NCBI GenBank assembly: GCA_934479825.1
Contig: CAKSOW010000002.1
Span: forward strand, 95,399-159,398
Origin: an uncultured Eubacteriales bacterium
GTDB lineage: Bacteria > Bacillota > Clostridia > Oscillospirales > CAG-382
Reading direction: 5' to 3'
Length of the DNA stretch: 64,000 bases
Part shown: positions 15,246 through 24,581 of the stretch, one piece after another
How the letters are laid out: every line of letters starts with the position of its first letter
Position numbering within the stretch: position 1 is the stretch's first letter
The notes under the pieces: model-generated
Seen by the model: the letters and a program-made list of their open reading frames with translations, nothing else
The model's database searches: none
What the model was told of the DNA's origin: nothing
Program-made: the position numbers and the translations under genes

Positions 15246-16200
15246 AAAACGCGATATAATCGCTCGGATTTACAGCGCTGCCGTCCTTGTGCATTTCAAA
15301 ATGCAGATGGCTTGCTTCTGCCGATTCGCAAATGGCGCTGTTTCCGATTCCGGCAATGGCCTCCCCCGTCATGACTGCGCGGCCTGCCACCGTTTCCGCA
15401 GGCAGTTCCGGCGAAAGTCCCCGGTATACCGATTCCACGCCGTCCGCATGTTCGATAACGACCGTTGTGCCATACAGATAATCTGTATACACATCCTTTA
15501 TTGTTCCGTTAGTGACCGCTTTGACCAACGTGCCGGGTTCACAGACAATATCGACGCCTGCATGGGTACGGTAATCATACATAGTTGCCGAATACACCGG
15601 GACTTCTACCGAAAAGTCCTTGTTGATATAACCGGTACACGGTTTGATATAGCCCTCATAGCCGATCTCAAAGGTCGGTTCGGAGGGTTCTTCGGAACGC
15701 GGCTCTGTCTTATCTTTTGCCGGGTCTTCCGTTTTTTCGCCGGTTGCGGTTGTTCCGGATGCTTCTTCGGGCGTATCGTTTTTCGGCTTGTCGTTTTCTT
15801 CTGCCGGAACGTCGTCCTTATTCTTTCCCGCATCACGAACCGGTTCGGTGACTGTCGCGTCAACGCCTTTTCCGACATCCGACACCGGGGTATCCAGCGT
15901 CAGGTCGCCTGCCAAAAGATTTTTTCCGGACTCTTGTTTATCGGACGTACCCGTATCCTTTTCCGCGGATATATCCGGCTTTGGCGAACGGTACAATGAG
16001 CCGTCACCCGTGGGATTTTCCTTTTCCGAAAGGCCGGAAAAAGTCGCAGTTATGGTGCTGACAGTCACGGCGACGACCGTGACGGCGAGGGCGATGTATA
16101 CGCCGCCGCTGACAAGCTGCTTCTTCAATTCGTTTTTCTTTTTTGCCTTGTCTGCATTTTCCTTGTTTTCTTCGGGATTTGTTATCTCTGTCTTTTTCAC
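15244..16200 (-). CDS. Membrane-anchored M23 (LytM-domain) metallopeptidase
   Basis: N-terminal TM helix, a low-complexity acidic linker, and the LytM motifs HAGVDI ... HLHFEMH. GTG start at 16200 with GGAGGTG 7 nt upstream. Confidence 0.85.
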   Translation of the reverse strand: MKKTEITNPEENKENADKAKKKNELKKQLVSGGVYIALAVTVVAVTVSTITATFSGLSEKENPTGDGSLYRSPKPDISAEKDTGTSDKQESGKNLLAGDLTLDTPVSDVGKGVDATVTEPVRDAGKNKDDVPAEENDKPKNDTPEEASGTTATGEKTEDPAKDKTEPRSEEPSEPTFEIGYEGYIKPCTGYINKDFSVEVPVYSATMYDYRTHAGVDIVCEPGTLVKAVTNGTIKDVYTDYLYGTTVVIEHADGVESVYRGLSPELPAETVAGRAVMTGEAIAGIGNSAICESAEASHLHFEMHKDGSAVNPSDYIAF

Positions 16201-16203
16201 ACA

Positions 16204-16258
16204 AAAACACCTCCGTCTATATTTTTACCCTGCAAAGGAAATATATACGGAGGTGTTT
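16204..16258 (-). terminator. Long (about 19 bp, one mismatch) hairpin plus U-tract; it contains the SD of the M23 gene in its 3' arm
   Basis: Minus-strand RNA: AAACACCUCCGUAUAUAUUU ... AAAUAUAGACGGAGGUGUUU followed by UUGUGUG. It lies between the LCP-like stop (16272) and the M23 start (16200). Confidence 0.7.
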
Positions 16259-16271
16259 GATTTTCTTGTTT

Positions 16272-17372
16272 TTATTTATAGCTTTCAAACAGCTTTTGCG
16301 TGTTGGAATAATCTAAGGGGTCGCTTAAATCAACGGTAATCACGGAGCTCGCTTCGCTGTAATCATTAAATTTGGAAATCAGCTCGTACTGCTCTTTAAA
16401 ATCGGCGATCGTAAAATTGGTTTCACAGCTTGCAAGCACGTTTGTCACACCGGTCAGCAATTTTTCGAAATCGGCTTTGAGGATCTGCTTCAAGCCCTGC
16501 GACACAAAATCCGCCTGCACGGATGCGCGTCTTGCATTGTTCCGGCGCTCGTCGGTGGTATATTCCGAAAAGCGAAGCAAGCCTAAGATCTGCTTGGCGC
16601 CTAACACCTGACCGCCGGCCTTCAAGTTGATTTCCGGATTTTCCGCCGTGCCCGTACCGATATACACCATATCCTGCGGCACGGTATAGTATAAACCGCC
16701 GGTCTTTTCAAACAGGCTTAGTGCCGCGCTTGTCTCGAAAAACGCATAGTAATCGATACTCATTCCGGTAATCGCATACACGGTATCCACAATTCGTCCG
16801 GCGCATTCGCTGTCTCTGCTGATGAGCGGAATATCCTTGATACGCACATTGGTTTTGACCGTAACATCGGTATTCGGGTCGGTACTGGTCAAAACAAAAT
16901 TGGAGGCAGTCGGGATAGCGGCAATCACAAAACGGCGGCGTTCCTTATCCGCTTTGAGAAACAACAGCGCGTCCAATTCCCCCGAATCGGCGTCATAGCC
17001 GCCTACCACAGCGGTAAAGGTCTTGCCGGAGCTTACCGGGGTATCCGGATTTCGGTCATCGGAATTATCGGACGGGTCGATATTATCGGAAATATCCGGA
17101 CCGGCCGGATTATCGCTGTCTTTCAACAGGCGCGGCACCATGACGGCAAAAACGCTGAATGCAACCAGCCCTGCGACAAAGGCGATGAGAAAGTTGCGGA
17201 CATTCGGCATTTCGGAAAGTTTCAGGGGGTTCTTGGATTTTTTCACGGGTTTTCCCGTTTTATTCGGCGTATTTTGTCTCACGAACGGAGTATTCGGAGA
17301 ATTCTGCTTTTGCGGCTTATCGGTTTTCGGCGTTTGATTCAAAAAAATCACCCTTTCGGCGGTATTGTGCAA
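16272..17372 (-). CDS. Membrane-anchored protein, LytR-CpsA-Psr (LCP)-like; start uncertain
   Basis: One TM helix, then ..FTAVVGGYDADSGELDALLFLKADKERRRFVIAAIP.., which resembles the LCP core. The track start is TTG. Alternative starts are at 17342 (TTG after GAAAGGG) and 17210 (ATG). Confidence 0.4.
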   Translation of the reverse strand: MHNTAERVIFLNQTPKTDKPQKQNSPNTPFVRQNTPNKTGKPVKKSKNPLKLSEMPNVRNFLIAFVAGLVAFSVFAVMVPRLLKDSDNPAGPDISDNIDPSDNSDDRNPDTPVSSGKTFTAVVGGYDADSGELDALLFLKADKERRRFVIAAIPTASNFVLTSTDPNTDVTVKTNVRIKDIPLISRDSECAGRIVDTVYAITGMSIDYYAFFETSAALSLFEKTGGLYYTVPQDMVYIGTGTAENPEINLKAGGQVLGAKQILGLLRFSEYTTDERRNNARRASVQADFVSQGLKQILKADFEKLLTGVTNVLASCETNFTIADFKEQYELISKFNDYSEASSVITVDLSDPLDYSNTQKLFESYK

Positions 17373-17377
17373 AAAGC

Positions 17378-17947
17378 CTATGCACGGTTTTCGGGCTTAT
17401 TGTACTTTTCCACGGCAATCACAAACGGTGCGTCGGGAGAATTGACGAGGTGAAAATGTGAAACGCAGAATTTTTTCTTATCGTATGCGGCAAGCTTTTC
17501 TAAGAGCATTTCTCCCTCGGTCTGTCCCTCCGCATGCCCCGGATAGACCGAAATGACAAGCACGCCGCCCGGTTTCAGGAGAGATACGGCATCGGTTACG
17601 GCTTTGAGTGTCGATTCGTGCATGGTATGCACACTCTTGTCGCCGCCCGGCCGATAGCCAAGATTGAACATGCCAGCGTCGATTGGTTCGTGAATGTAAC
17701 AAAGGGCGTTCGCATGACTGTCCAAAATCAATTCAGCGTTGTCAAGTCCTGCTTCGGCAAGGCGCGCACGCGTATTTTCGAGCGCCTGCGGTTGGATATC
17801 GAACGCATATACCTTTCCCTGCGGCACGAGCGACGCAAGATAGACCGTATCGTGTCCATTACCCATGGTAAAGTCAGCCAGAATGCCCTGCGGGGGAATA
17901 TTGGCCTGATTCAAGAAGTTTTTTGCTATATCAAGAAGCTGAAACAT
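17378..17947 (-). CDS. Class I SAM-dependent methyltransferase (YtqB/MnmM-like 'putative rRNA methylase' family)
   Basis: 189 aa. DFTMGNGHDTVYLASL..VYAFDIQPQALENT is the SAM-binding motif pattern of this family. Confidence 0.6.
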   Translation of the reverse strand: MFQLLDIAKNFLNQANIPPQGILADFTMGNGHDTVYLASLVPQGKVYAFDIQPQALENTRARLAEAGLDNAELILDSHANALCYIHEPIDAGMFNLGYRPGGDKSVHTMHESTLKAVTDAVSLLKPGGVLVISVYPGHAEGQTEGEMLLEKLAAYDKKKFCVSHFHLVNSPDAPFVIAVEKYNKPENRA

Positions 17948-18045
17948 AGTTTTTCCTTTATCGTATGTAGTTTATTTTATTATAGCATTTTCCGCCGCTT
18001 TCGTCAAGACATAGCGTAATTTTTCCGATTAAGGATTCTTTAACA

Positions 18046-19401
18046 TCAATCTCTTGTCAGTTTTCTAAGCCAAGAATAGCTGTTTGCTTTGAAAAATGCC
18101 GCGCCGCACTTGAAAATCTGGTCGGAATTCAGGCACAGAACCACCACAGCCGGATGCCATTTAAATACAAAGGCCGCGAGAAAGGACAGCGGCAGCGTAA
18201 TACCGAAGATACTGATAAGGTCGTTGTAGAAAACAAACTTACTGTCGCCGCCGCTGCGCACAATTCCGCAGAGAGACGGCATTTCATAAGCCGTGCCAAA
18301 GCCGGTAACGCACAAAACCAACAAAAAGAGATTGGCAAGGTCATGCGCCTCCGGCGAAAGATTAGCATACAGGGACAGCACCGGTGTGCGCAAGAAAAAC
18401 AACGCCGTGCTGGTACATGCGCCGATACAGAGAAAAATGATCTGCAAGGTCTGTGTGTAGCTCTTTACGATATTCTTGTCGCCGGTCGCAATGGCTTTGC
18501 CGATCATAACGGCGGCTGACGCCGACGCGCCGATTGACGCAACTTTTAAGATCTGAAACAGCGAATTGGAGGCCGCATTTGCCGCAATGGCGGCATCGGT
18601 CAGATGTCCTAAAATAACGGTTTGGAGCGCGGTGGAGGTGCCGAAAAGCGCCGCGACGATCAAGAAAAACTTGCAGTGTCTGAAATAGTCGCCCATGAGA
18701 AGTTTATCGGCTTTCAAGAGATTTTTTAGCTTTGCGCCAAGTTTTTTGTCAAAACAGAAAACGTACACAAGCACGACGCCAAGTTCCGCCGCACGCGCGC
18801 AAAGCGTACCGATAGCCGCGCCTGTCACCCCTAACCGCGGAAAGCCGAAATTGCCGTTGATCAACAGATAATTGATGCCGCAATTGATACAGAACGCCGC
18901 GACCGAAACCCCAAAAGCAATTCTCACGGTTTCCACACTGCGCAGCATGGCAAGCGTCACATTGGTAAGCGCGAACAAAAGATAGGTATACCGAACGACA
19001 CGCAGGTATTTTACGCCCTCGGCGATGATGGCTTCATTATCCGAAAAGCAATGAATCAACTGATACGGAAACAGGCTTGCCGCCGTGAAAAAGGCAAGTG
19101 CGATGACGCCTGCCGTAAAATACGCCGCCTTTGCCACCGATTTTATCGGTTCGGTCTTGCCCTCGCCCCAATACTGACTGCAAATAGACACCAAGGCATC
19201 GCCTGTGCCAAGCATCAGCTGCTGTAAAACGAACTGCACCTGATTGACCGTCGCAACGCCGGACAAGGCGGTTTCGCTGTATGACGTGACCATGATGTTA
19301 TCCGCCAGATTCACGCTCAAAGCAATGATATTCTGCAAGACTAACAAAAACATCATTGTGAAAAAATGCTTATAAAAGCCTTTTTCCTTTACCAAGGTCA
19401 T
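18046..19401 (-). CDS. MATE-family efflux transporter
   Basis: About 451 aa with 12 predicted TM helices and a MatE-like repeat structure. ATG at 19401 (MTLVKEKGFYKHFF) is preferred, because the track's N-terminal extension runs through intergenic hairpins. Confidence 0.85.
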   Translation of the reverse strand: MTLVKEKGFYKHFFTMMFLLVLQNIIALSVNLADNIMVTSYSETALSGVATVNQVQFVLQQLMLGTGDALVSICSQYWGEGKTEPIKSVAKAAYFTAGVIALAFFTAASLFPYQLIHCFSDNEAIIAEGVKYLRVVRYTYLLFALTNVTLAMLRSVETVRIAFGVSVAAFCINCGINYLLINGNFGFPRLGVTGAAIGTLCARAAELGVVLVYVFCFDKKLGAKLKNLLKADKLLMGDYFRHCKFFLIVAALFGTSTALQTVILGHLTDAAIAANAASNSLFQILKVASIGASASAAVMIGKAIATGDKNIVKSYTQTLQIIFLCIGACTSTALFFLRTPVLSLYANLSPEAHDLANLFLLVLCVTGFGTAYEMPSLCGIVRSGGDSKFVFYNDLISIFGITLPLSFLAAFVFKWHPAVVVLCLNSDQIFKCGAAFFKANSYSWLRKLTRD

Positions 19402-19430
19402 GAAAATACCCCATTTCGAGAATTTGCAAA

Positions 19431-19458
19431 AAAGCGGAAGTCCTTTGCGAACTTCCGC
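19431..19458. repeat. 28-nt hairpin module, copy 1 (AAAGCGGAAGTCCTTTGCGAACTTCCGC)
   Basis: Identical to 19652-19679. It has an 8-bp stem GCGGAAGT/ACTTCCGC. On the minus strand it is followed by UUUUUUG, so it looks like a terminator, 30 nt upstream of the MATE start. Confidence 0.85.
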
Positions 19459-19464
19459 ACAAAC

Positions 19465-19491
19465 GTGTCGCAAAACTATGTTTTGCGACAC
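19465..19491. repeat. Perfect 12-bp inverted repeat GTGTCGCAAAAC-TAT-GTTTTGCGACAC
   Basis: Read directly from the sequence. It sits between the two copies of the 28-nt module. Confidence 0.85.
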
Positions 19492-19651
19492 GAACCAGAT
19501 TCGTGCGCTCGCGCCTCATGCCAAAAAGCTTACGCTTTTTGACACGCGCGAATCTATCAGAGAAAAAATCGTGGCGCATGTCCCCGATTTTTTCAAATTT
19601 CATTTAAATCCGGCTTCGCCGGAAAAAATCGCACGGTTTTGCAGAAGTCTG

Positions 19652-19679
19652 AAAGCGGAAGTCCTTTGCGAACTTCCGC
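19652..19679. repeat. 28-nt hairpin module, copy 2
   Basis: A 28/28 identity with 19431-19458. It lies 20 nt downstream of the Gfo/Idh/MocA stop codon on the minus strand. Confidence 0.85.
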
Positions 19680-19698
19680 TTTTGACTTTTACTGAATT

Positions 19699-20865
19699 TT
19701 AATACGTGCCGTCCAGATTTGCAACGGCTTCCTTGGTTTCCTTTTTATAGGTGGAACCGGCAATTTTCTTATTGAGCAATTCCAAGAACAGATCGCCGTC
19801 TACCGGCAGATCGACCGGTTTGCCGAGCCAGCTCGAAAGGAAGATTGCATTGGAAATGCGGAGTCCGTTGATGCCCTCTTCACCGGGTGCCATAAGCTTT
19901 TCGCCGTGAAGAATTGCATTGGTAACGTTCTGCGTAATGCCTCTGTGCTGTTCCTTTTCCATTTTGAATTCGGAATAATCAACATCGATCATTTCGCATC
20001 CCGGACCTTCAAAGCCATTTGGGCATTCGACCGTCCACTGACGCTCCGGAGTCTTGTTCTTCCAGAACTTCATGCTGCTGCCTTCAATGACAAGTTTGCC
20101 CTTATCGCCGGAAATTTCCAAACGGTTGGTACCCGGATATTCGCCGGTCGTGGTAATGAACACGCCGGTCGCGCCGTTTGCATATTCGGCATAAGCCGTA
20201 ACATCGTCTTCCACTTCAATGTTGTGGTACTTGCCCTCATGGCAGAATGCGCGGATCTTTGTCGGCATACCGAAGATCCACTGCCAAAGGTCGAGCTGGT
20301 GGGGGCACTGATTGAGGATAACGCCGCCGCCCTCGCCGCTCCATGTAGCACGCCAGTCACCCGAATCGTAGTAAGACTGTGTACGGTACCAGTCGGTGAT
20401 GATCCAGACGCATCTCTTCAATTCGCCAAGCTCGCCGCCCTGTACCATGGCACGCGCCTTGCGGTACATGGCGTTGGTTCTCTGATTGAACATCAGGCCG
20501 AATACCTTGTCGGATTTCTTGGCAACTTCGATAAGTTCTTCTGCCTGTTTGGTGTAAACGCCAATCGGCTTTTCGGAAATCACATTAAGACCGGCATTGA
20601 GCACATCAATACAGATTGGCGGATGATAGTAGTGCGGAACCGCCACAATAACGCAGTCTACAAGTCCGCTCTTCAACATTTCCTTATAGTCGGTGAACCG
20701 TGCAACATCGTCGCCGAACTTTTCTTTTGCCCAATCGAGTCTCGACTGTTTCAAATCGCATACAGCCGTCAAGCACGCACCCTCGATGTCTCCGGCGTGC
20801 AGATAGGTTGCATGTCCCGAACCCATATTACCGATACCGATAATGCCAAAACGTACCTTATCCAT
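19699..20865 (-). CDS. Gfo/Idh/MocA-family NAD(P)-dependent oxidoreductase
   Basis: N-terminal Rossmann motif RFGIIGIGNMGSGH. ATG at 20865 follows GGAAAGG; the track start at 20874 is TTG. Confidence 0.85.
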   Translation of the reverse strand: MDKVRFGIIGIGNMGSGHATYLHAGDIEGACLTAVCDLKQSRLDWAKEKFGDDVARFTDYKEMLKSGLVDCVIVAVPHYYHPPICIDVLNAGLNVISEKPIGVYTKQAEELIEVAKKSDKVFGLMFNQRTNAMYRKARAMVQGGELGELKRCVWIITDWYRTQSYYDSGDWRATWSGEGGGVILNQCPHQLDLWQWIFGMPTKIRAFCHEGKYHNIEVEDDVTAYAEYANGATGVFITTTGEYPGTNRLEISGDKGKLVIEGSSMKFWKNKTPERQWTVECPNGFEGPGCEMIDVDYSEFKMEKEQHRGITQNVTNAILHGEKLMAPGEEGINGLRISNAIFLSSWLGKPVDLPVDGDLFLELLNKKIAGSTYKKETKEAVANLDGTY

Positions 20866-20971
20866 TTTTGTCAACCTTTCCTTGCTTTCGCATTTTTATT
20901 TTTCGCTTCAAGTATGTTGATTTTAAACTTGTTTTGTACGGAAAAATTTTTATGCATTTCCATACGGATAT

Positions 20972-21001
20972 ATTATACAGGTAACGACCCGTTTTTTTCA
21001 A
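20972..21001 (-). promoter_or_regulatory. SigA-type promoter of the oxidoreductase gene
   Basis: Minus strand: TTGAAA (20996-21001), an 18-nt spacer, then TATAAT (20972-20977). Confidence 0.6.
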
Positions 21002-21051
21002 TGCATAATTTGATTATATTTTTTCGCGTTTTTGTGTAATCCTACGATTGC

Positions 21052-23034
21052 CTAATCCAACAAAACAGCCGGGGCGGAAGCCCACGGGTGAAACAGGCTT
21101 GTGTTCCATTTCTGATCCTTGCCCCACGCCTCAAAGCAGGTGGTCGCGCCCTCAGAGAGCATGTTCGCCCATGCGCCGTCGTCGGCAATCAGTTCTTCCA
21201 TAAGTTCCGTTTCGCCGCACTGTTTCAGCGCATACAACGCAAAAAACGCCATATATACGCCGGCACAGGTCAGCCGCTTCTCCCGGATCAGCTCAATCAT
21301 GGCGCGCTTGTTTTCTTCACAGGTCCAGATGCCGCCGAACAGCGCGATGACATTGGAATGGAATGACGCGTGGTGCGAGCCGATGCTATCGACAAACAAA
21401 TGCCGGTCTCGGTCGTAAAAAGCGTCGATATATGCCTTTTTGGTACTTTCATATAGTCCTGTCGGCGTCTCGCCTAAAATTCCGGCAATCTCATCGACGT
21501 GTCCGAGCATAGCCACATAAAAAGCGTTGACGACATTGTGAAAGCCCTCTCCGATCGGTCTTTCCAACGGGAAATCATAGTTATCGCGCAGGTTGGCCGG
21601 CCAATCCACCAGATTCCACTTAGCTTTGACATTTTCAATGAGCCCGTTTTCGCGGCGATAAGCGGCAAAGAAATCGCACACGCCCAACACATACGGATAC
21701 ATGCTACGCAAAAAATCCTTATCGCCGGTAAAGCGGTACAGCCACAGAACCTGAAACGGAAATTGCAGGGAATAGTCCGCAATCTCCTGCATAAGGGACG
21801 CGGGAGCAACCGTCATAAGCCCCTTGCAGATAAAGGTGGATTCCGCGTAGTTTTCCAACGCTTTGCGAATCATAGCCGGATCCCCGGTCAATGACGCATG
21901 GGCAAGCCCGGCAATGGTCACATCTCCGAGATATTGTCCTTTTTCACGCGTCGGGCAATCGACAAAGCATTCCTGCACGCCGTATTTAATGGTATCCGAG
22001 CAAAGTTTGTAGATACGCTTCAAGCGTTCGTTCTTACCGGTATAATGCTTGACCTCGCTAAACGGATAGTGTCGGACAACAAAGCATACCGTATCTTCCT
22101 TTACCGCCACGCCGTCCGGAATTTCAAGCTCCGCATAGCGGAACGCTTTGTAATCGTATTCATTAAGTACATCCTCCGGCTTTCCAGAAAGCACGAATTT
22201 TTCTTCATAATCGCAATTACAGCGCATTTTATAGCGAACCGAACCGTCGTCGTTCAGTTCCTCGCCGAAATGAAGGAGAACGGTATCCCCTCTTTTGCCG
22301 CTTGCCTCAAAGGTCAAATACCCGACAGCCTCAAAGCCGAAGTCTAAAAACAGACCTTTGTCCGTTTTTCGGATTTCGCGCGGTTTGACTTGTTCAAACT
22401 GCAACAGTCCGGTCGGTTGGCGAAACAGAACATAGTCCGCATGTTTGCGAAAACGCGCGTTCTCCCAGGTGCTGTCGTCAAAATCCGGCGCGGAAAAGCC
22501 GCATTCCGGCGCGCCGGCGTCGTATACTTCGGCAAACTGCGTGTCATAGCCGAATTTTCCGCAGGCGGAAAAGCCGGTATGATACGCGCATTTCCAGCTT
22601 TCATCCGATTCAAGCGTCTTATTTCCGTCCAAATACAGTTCGCACGCCATTCCCTGACGCAGATCGGCACTGACCCATACGCGGTTGACAAGGCCTTGGT
22701 AATAGGTATGTATGGCAATGACATTGGTTCCGGGATTCAGATAGCGCGTCACATCGATCTCGTTGTAATAATAATGAAAAGGATAGCCGGGAGCCGGGCC
22801 TTGGGTGATAAAGCGTCCGTTGATATACAGCTTGTAATAATCGTCTGCCGACAGGCGGAGAACGGCTTTTCCAAACTCCGGAAGTGAAAACGTGCGCCGG
22901 AACAAAATGTGCTTATTGGCATAGTTCTCATTTTCCGGGATTTTCACATCTTCCATTTCCTTATGGAAAACATTTATCGGCACAAGGTCGCAAAAATCTT
23001 TATTTGTAATCCAGTCAGCTTGAAATTTCTGCAT
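21052..23034 (-). CDS. GH78-family alpha-L-rhamnosidase-like glycoside hydrolase
   Basis: The N-terminal domain LRLSADDYYKLYINGRFI..GPAPGYP is the rhamnosidase N-domain pattern. FVDCPTREKGQYLGD is the GH78 catalytic-domain signature. ATG at 23034 follows AGGGAGAG. Confidence 0.75.
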   Translation of the reverse strand: MQKFQADWITNKDFCDLVPINVFHKEMEDVKIPENENYANKHILFRRTFSLPEFGKAVLRLSADDYYKLYINGRFITQGPAPGYPFHYYYNEIDVTRYLNPGTNVIAIHTYYQGLVNRVWVSADLRQGMACELYLDGNKTLESDESWKCAYHTGFSACGKFGYDTQFAEVYDAGAPECGFSAPDFDDSTWENARFRKHADYVLFRQPTGLLQFEQVKPREIRKTDKGLFLDFGFEAVGYLTFEASGKRGDTVLLHFGEELNDDGSVRYKMRCNCDYEEKFVLSGKPEDVLNEYDYKAFRYAELEIPDGVAVKEDTVCFVVRHYPFSEVKHYTGKNERLKRIYKLCSDTIKYGVQECFVDCPTREKGQYLGDVTIAGLAHASLTGDPAMIRKALENYAESTFICKGLMTVAPASLMQEIADYSLQFPFQVLWLYRFTGDKDFLRSMYPYVLGVCDFFAAYRRENGLIENVKAKWNLVDWPANLRDNYDFPLERPIGEGFHNVVNAFYVAMLGHVDEIAGILGETPTGLYESTKKAYIDAFYDRDRHLFVDSIGSHHASFHSNVIALFGGIWTCEENKRAMIELIREKRLTCAGVYMAFFALYALKQCGETELMEELIADDGAWANMLSEGATTCFEAWGKDQKWNTSLFHPWASAPAVLLD

Positions 23035-23059
23035 GGTTTCTCTCCCTTTTCTTTCGCGG

Positions 23060-23908
23060 CTATACTTCAAATTCGGCAAGCGCCGCTCCGATCACCGTTG
23101 CAAATTCGGAATTCTGCGGAATCACGAAATTCATATCGAACATTTGCGACAGAATCTCGAAGATCGGCACAGCCTGCGGCATTTTGGAGAGATTGCCGGT
23201 AAGCACTACATCCCGCGTTTTTTTACTGCGCGCGGCAAAAACAGCCAGCATTCCGATCGACTCGAACACCATATTGACGATGCCGAGCGCAAGGTCACTT
23301 TTGGAGGCCATATCATCTAACTTACCGAAGTTGGAGGCGGTCATGTAGGACGGCAATCCGCCAAGGTCTTTTTTTGTAATGTCGCCAATCCGAAGGTCAA
23401 TTTTTTCAATATCGCCTGTTTCGGCAAGAGCGATTAAATGGTCAATGTCGGAAATCCCCAGAATTTGCTTGGCAAGACCGACAATCGTACCGCCGCCGAC
23501 ACCTGTACCGCCCATGTACTCATACGCCGTTTTGCCGTTTTCCGTTTTGGCGGAAACCACCGCCGTACCGGTGCCCATGCTGACAATGATCGCATTTTGG
23601 TAGCCGGAAACGTAAAGACCGCCGCGGCCGACGCATTCAAATTCGGACAAATGTCTGGTTTCGATTCCGTATAACGGATTTTCGGCAAACGCCGAACCGA
23701 CGCCGGTAATCATAACCTTTTTTACATCGGAAAGCGAAATGCCGTTGGTAGAGGTAAATTTTCCGAACGCACCGTACACCGAAGCGACCGGATCGCTTGC
23801 CTTGACGTAAATCGGTGAGAGAATCTGCTTTTTATCCGGAGCGTCTGCGGTAAAGCCGACGATTTTTGTCGTACTGCCGCCGACGTCAATGCCGATAATA
23901 ATGCTCAT
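23060..23908 (-). CDS. coaW: Type II pantothenate kinase
   Basis: IIGIDVGGSTTKIVGF ... YMGGTGVGGGTIVGLAKQILG ... LPSYMTASNFGKL, an ASKHA fold with the CoaW pattern. Confidence 0.7.
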   Translation of the reverse strand: MSIIIGIDVGGSTTKIVGFTADAPDKKQILSPIYVKASDPVASVYGAFGKFTSTNGISLSDVKKVMITGVGSAFAENPLYGIETRHLSEFECVGRGGLYVSGYQNAIIVSMGTGTAVVSAKTENGKTAYEYMGGTGVGGGTIVGLAKQILGISDIDHLIALAETGDIEKIDLRIGDITKKDLGGLPSYMTASNFGKLDDMASKSDLALGIVNMVFESIGMLAVFAARSKKTRDVVLTGNLSKMPQAVPIFEILSQMFDMNFVIPQNSEFATVIGAALAEFEV

Positions 23909-23953
23909 ACTGCCTCATTTCCGCCGCTTATGCGGCCGTTTGTCTGAACCGGT

Positions 23954-24562
23954 TTATTTGGAGATTTTCTTGCCGACGGCACGAACGATCGTATGGATAG
24001 CCGGCGAAACAACGAGATTGACCAAGAATTCCGCGATGAAATTCAAGCCTGCACAGCCAATAACAAGGAAATACACAACGGTCTGGCCGGACGCGCCGAA
24101 ATTAGCAAGGTTCGCGTCCAACGTCTTTCCGACAAGGAAAAGACCGCCTAAAATAAAGAGTCCCGTGTTGACGACCGGTGCTGCCGCCGACGCCAAAACA
24201 GCAGCCGCAAACGCATTTTTCTTTTCAAGCGCCCGGTAAACAAGTCCGGCACAGAGACCGGCTAAAATGCCTTTTCCGAAGCAGATAACGGCCGTTTCAA
24301 CCGGCTGTGCGGAAAACAGAACGTTTGTAAAACCGTCTGCACCGAGCACACCGGCGAAAAATGTGATCGCACCGAACACAAAGCCCAAGAAAGCGCCGCC
24401 CTTGGGGCCAGTCATGATCGCGCCGATGACAATCGGGATTAACACAAGGCTGACGCTGGTCGGTCCGATATGAATGAAACTGCCCAAAAGCTGAAAAACG
24501 AAAACAATGGCTGTCAAAACTGCAAGCAAAGTCATTTTTTTGATATTTTCTCTGTTGTTCAT
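23954..24562 (-). CDS. ECF-transporter substrate-specific (S) component, possibly for pantothenate
   Basis: About 200 aa with 5-6 TM helices. ATG at 24562 has an AAAAGGAG RBS. The substrate guess comes only from adjacency to coaW. Confidence 0.65.
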   Translation of the reverse strand: MNNRENIKKMTLLAVLTAIVFVFQLLGSFIHIGPTSVSLVLIPIVIGAIMTGPKGGAFLGFVFGAITFFAGVLGADGFTNVLFSAQPVETAVICFGKGILAGLCAGLVYRALEKKNAFAAAVLASAAAPVVNTGLFILGGLFLVGKTLDANLANFGASGQTVVYFLVIGCAGLNFIAEFLVNLVVSPAIHTIVRAVGKKISK

Positions 24563-24581
24563 GATAAGTCTCCTTTTTCTC

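Noticed and set aside
18046-19491. N-terminal extensions of many track ORFs, for example 18046..19491, 58115..58849, 45049..46056, 21052..23079, 24582..26399, 36191..38170, 40154..42922 and 48629..49501.
   Set aside because: Internal ATGs preceded by strong GGAGG-like sites give N-termini that match the protein families, and they remove overlaps with neighbouring genes or hairpins.
19370-19702. Track ORFs 19400..19702 (+, 100 aa) and 19370..19603 (-, 77 aa) as genes in the MATE/oxidoreductase gap.
   Set aside because: They have no SD. They run straight through perfect hairpins and overlap the MATE start, and their composition is not protein-like. The region is better explained as structured non-coding sequence.
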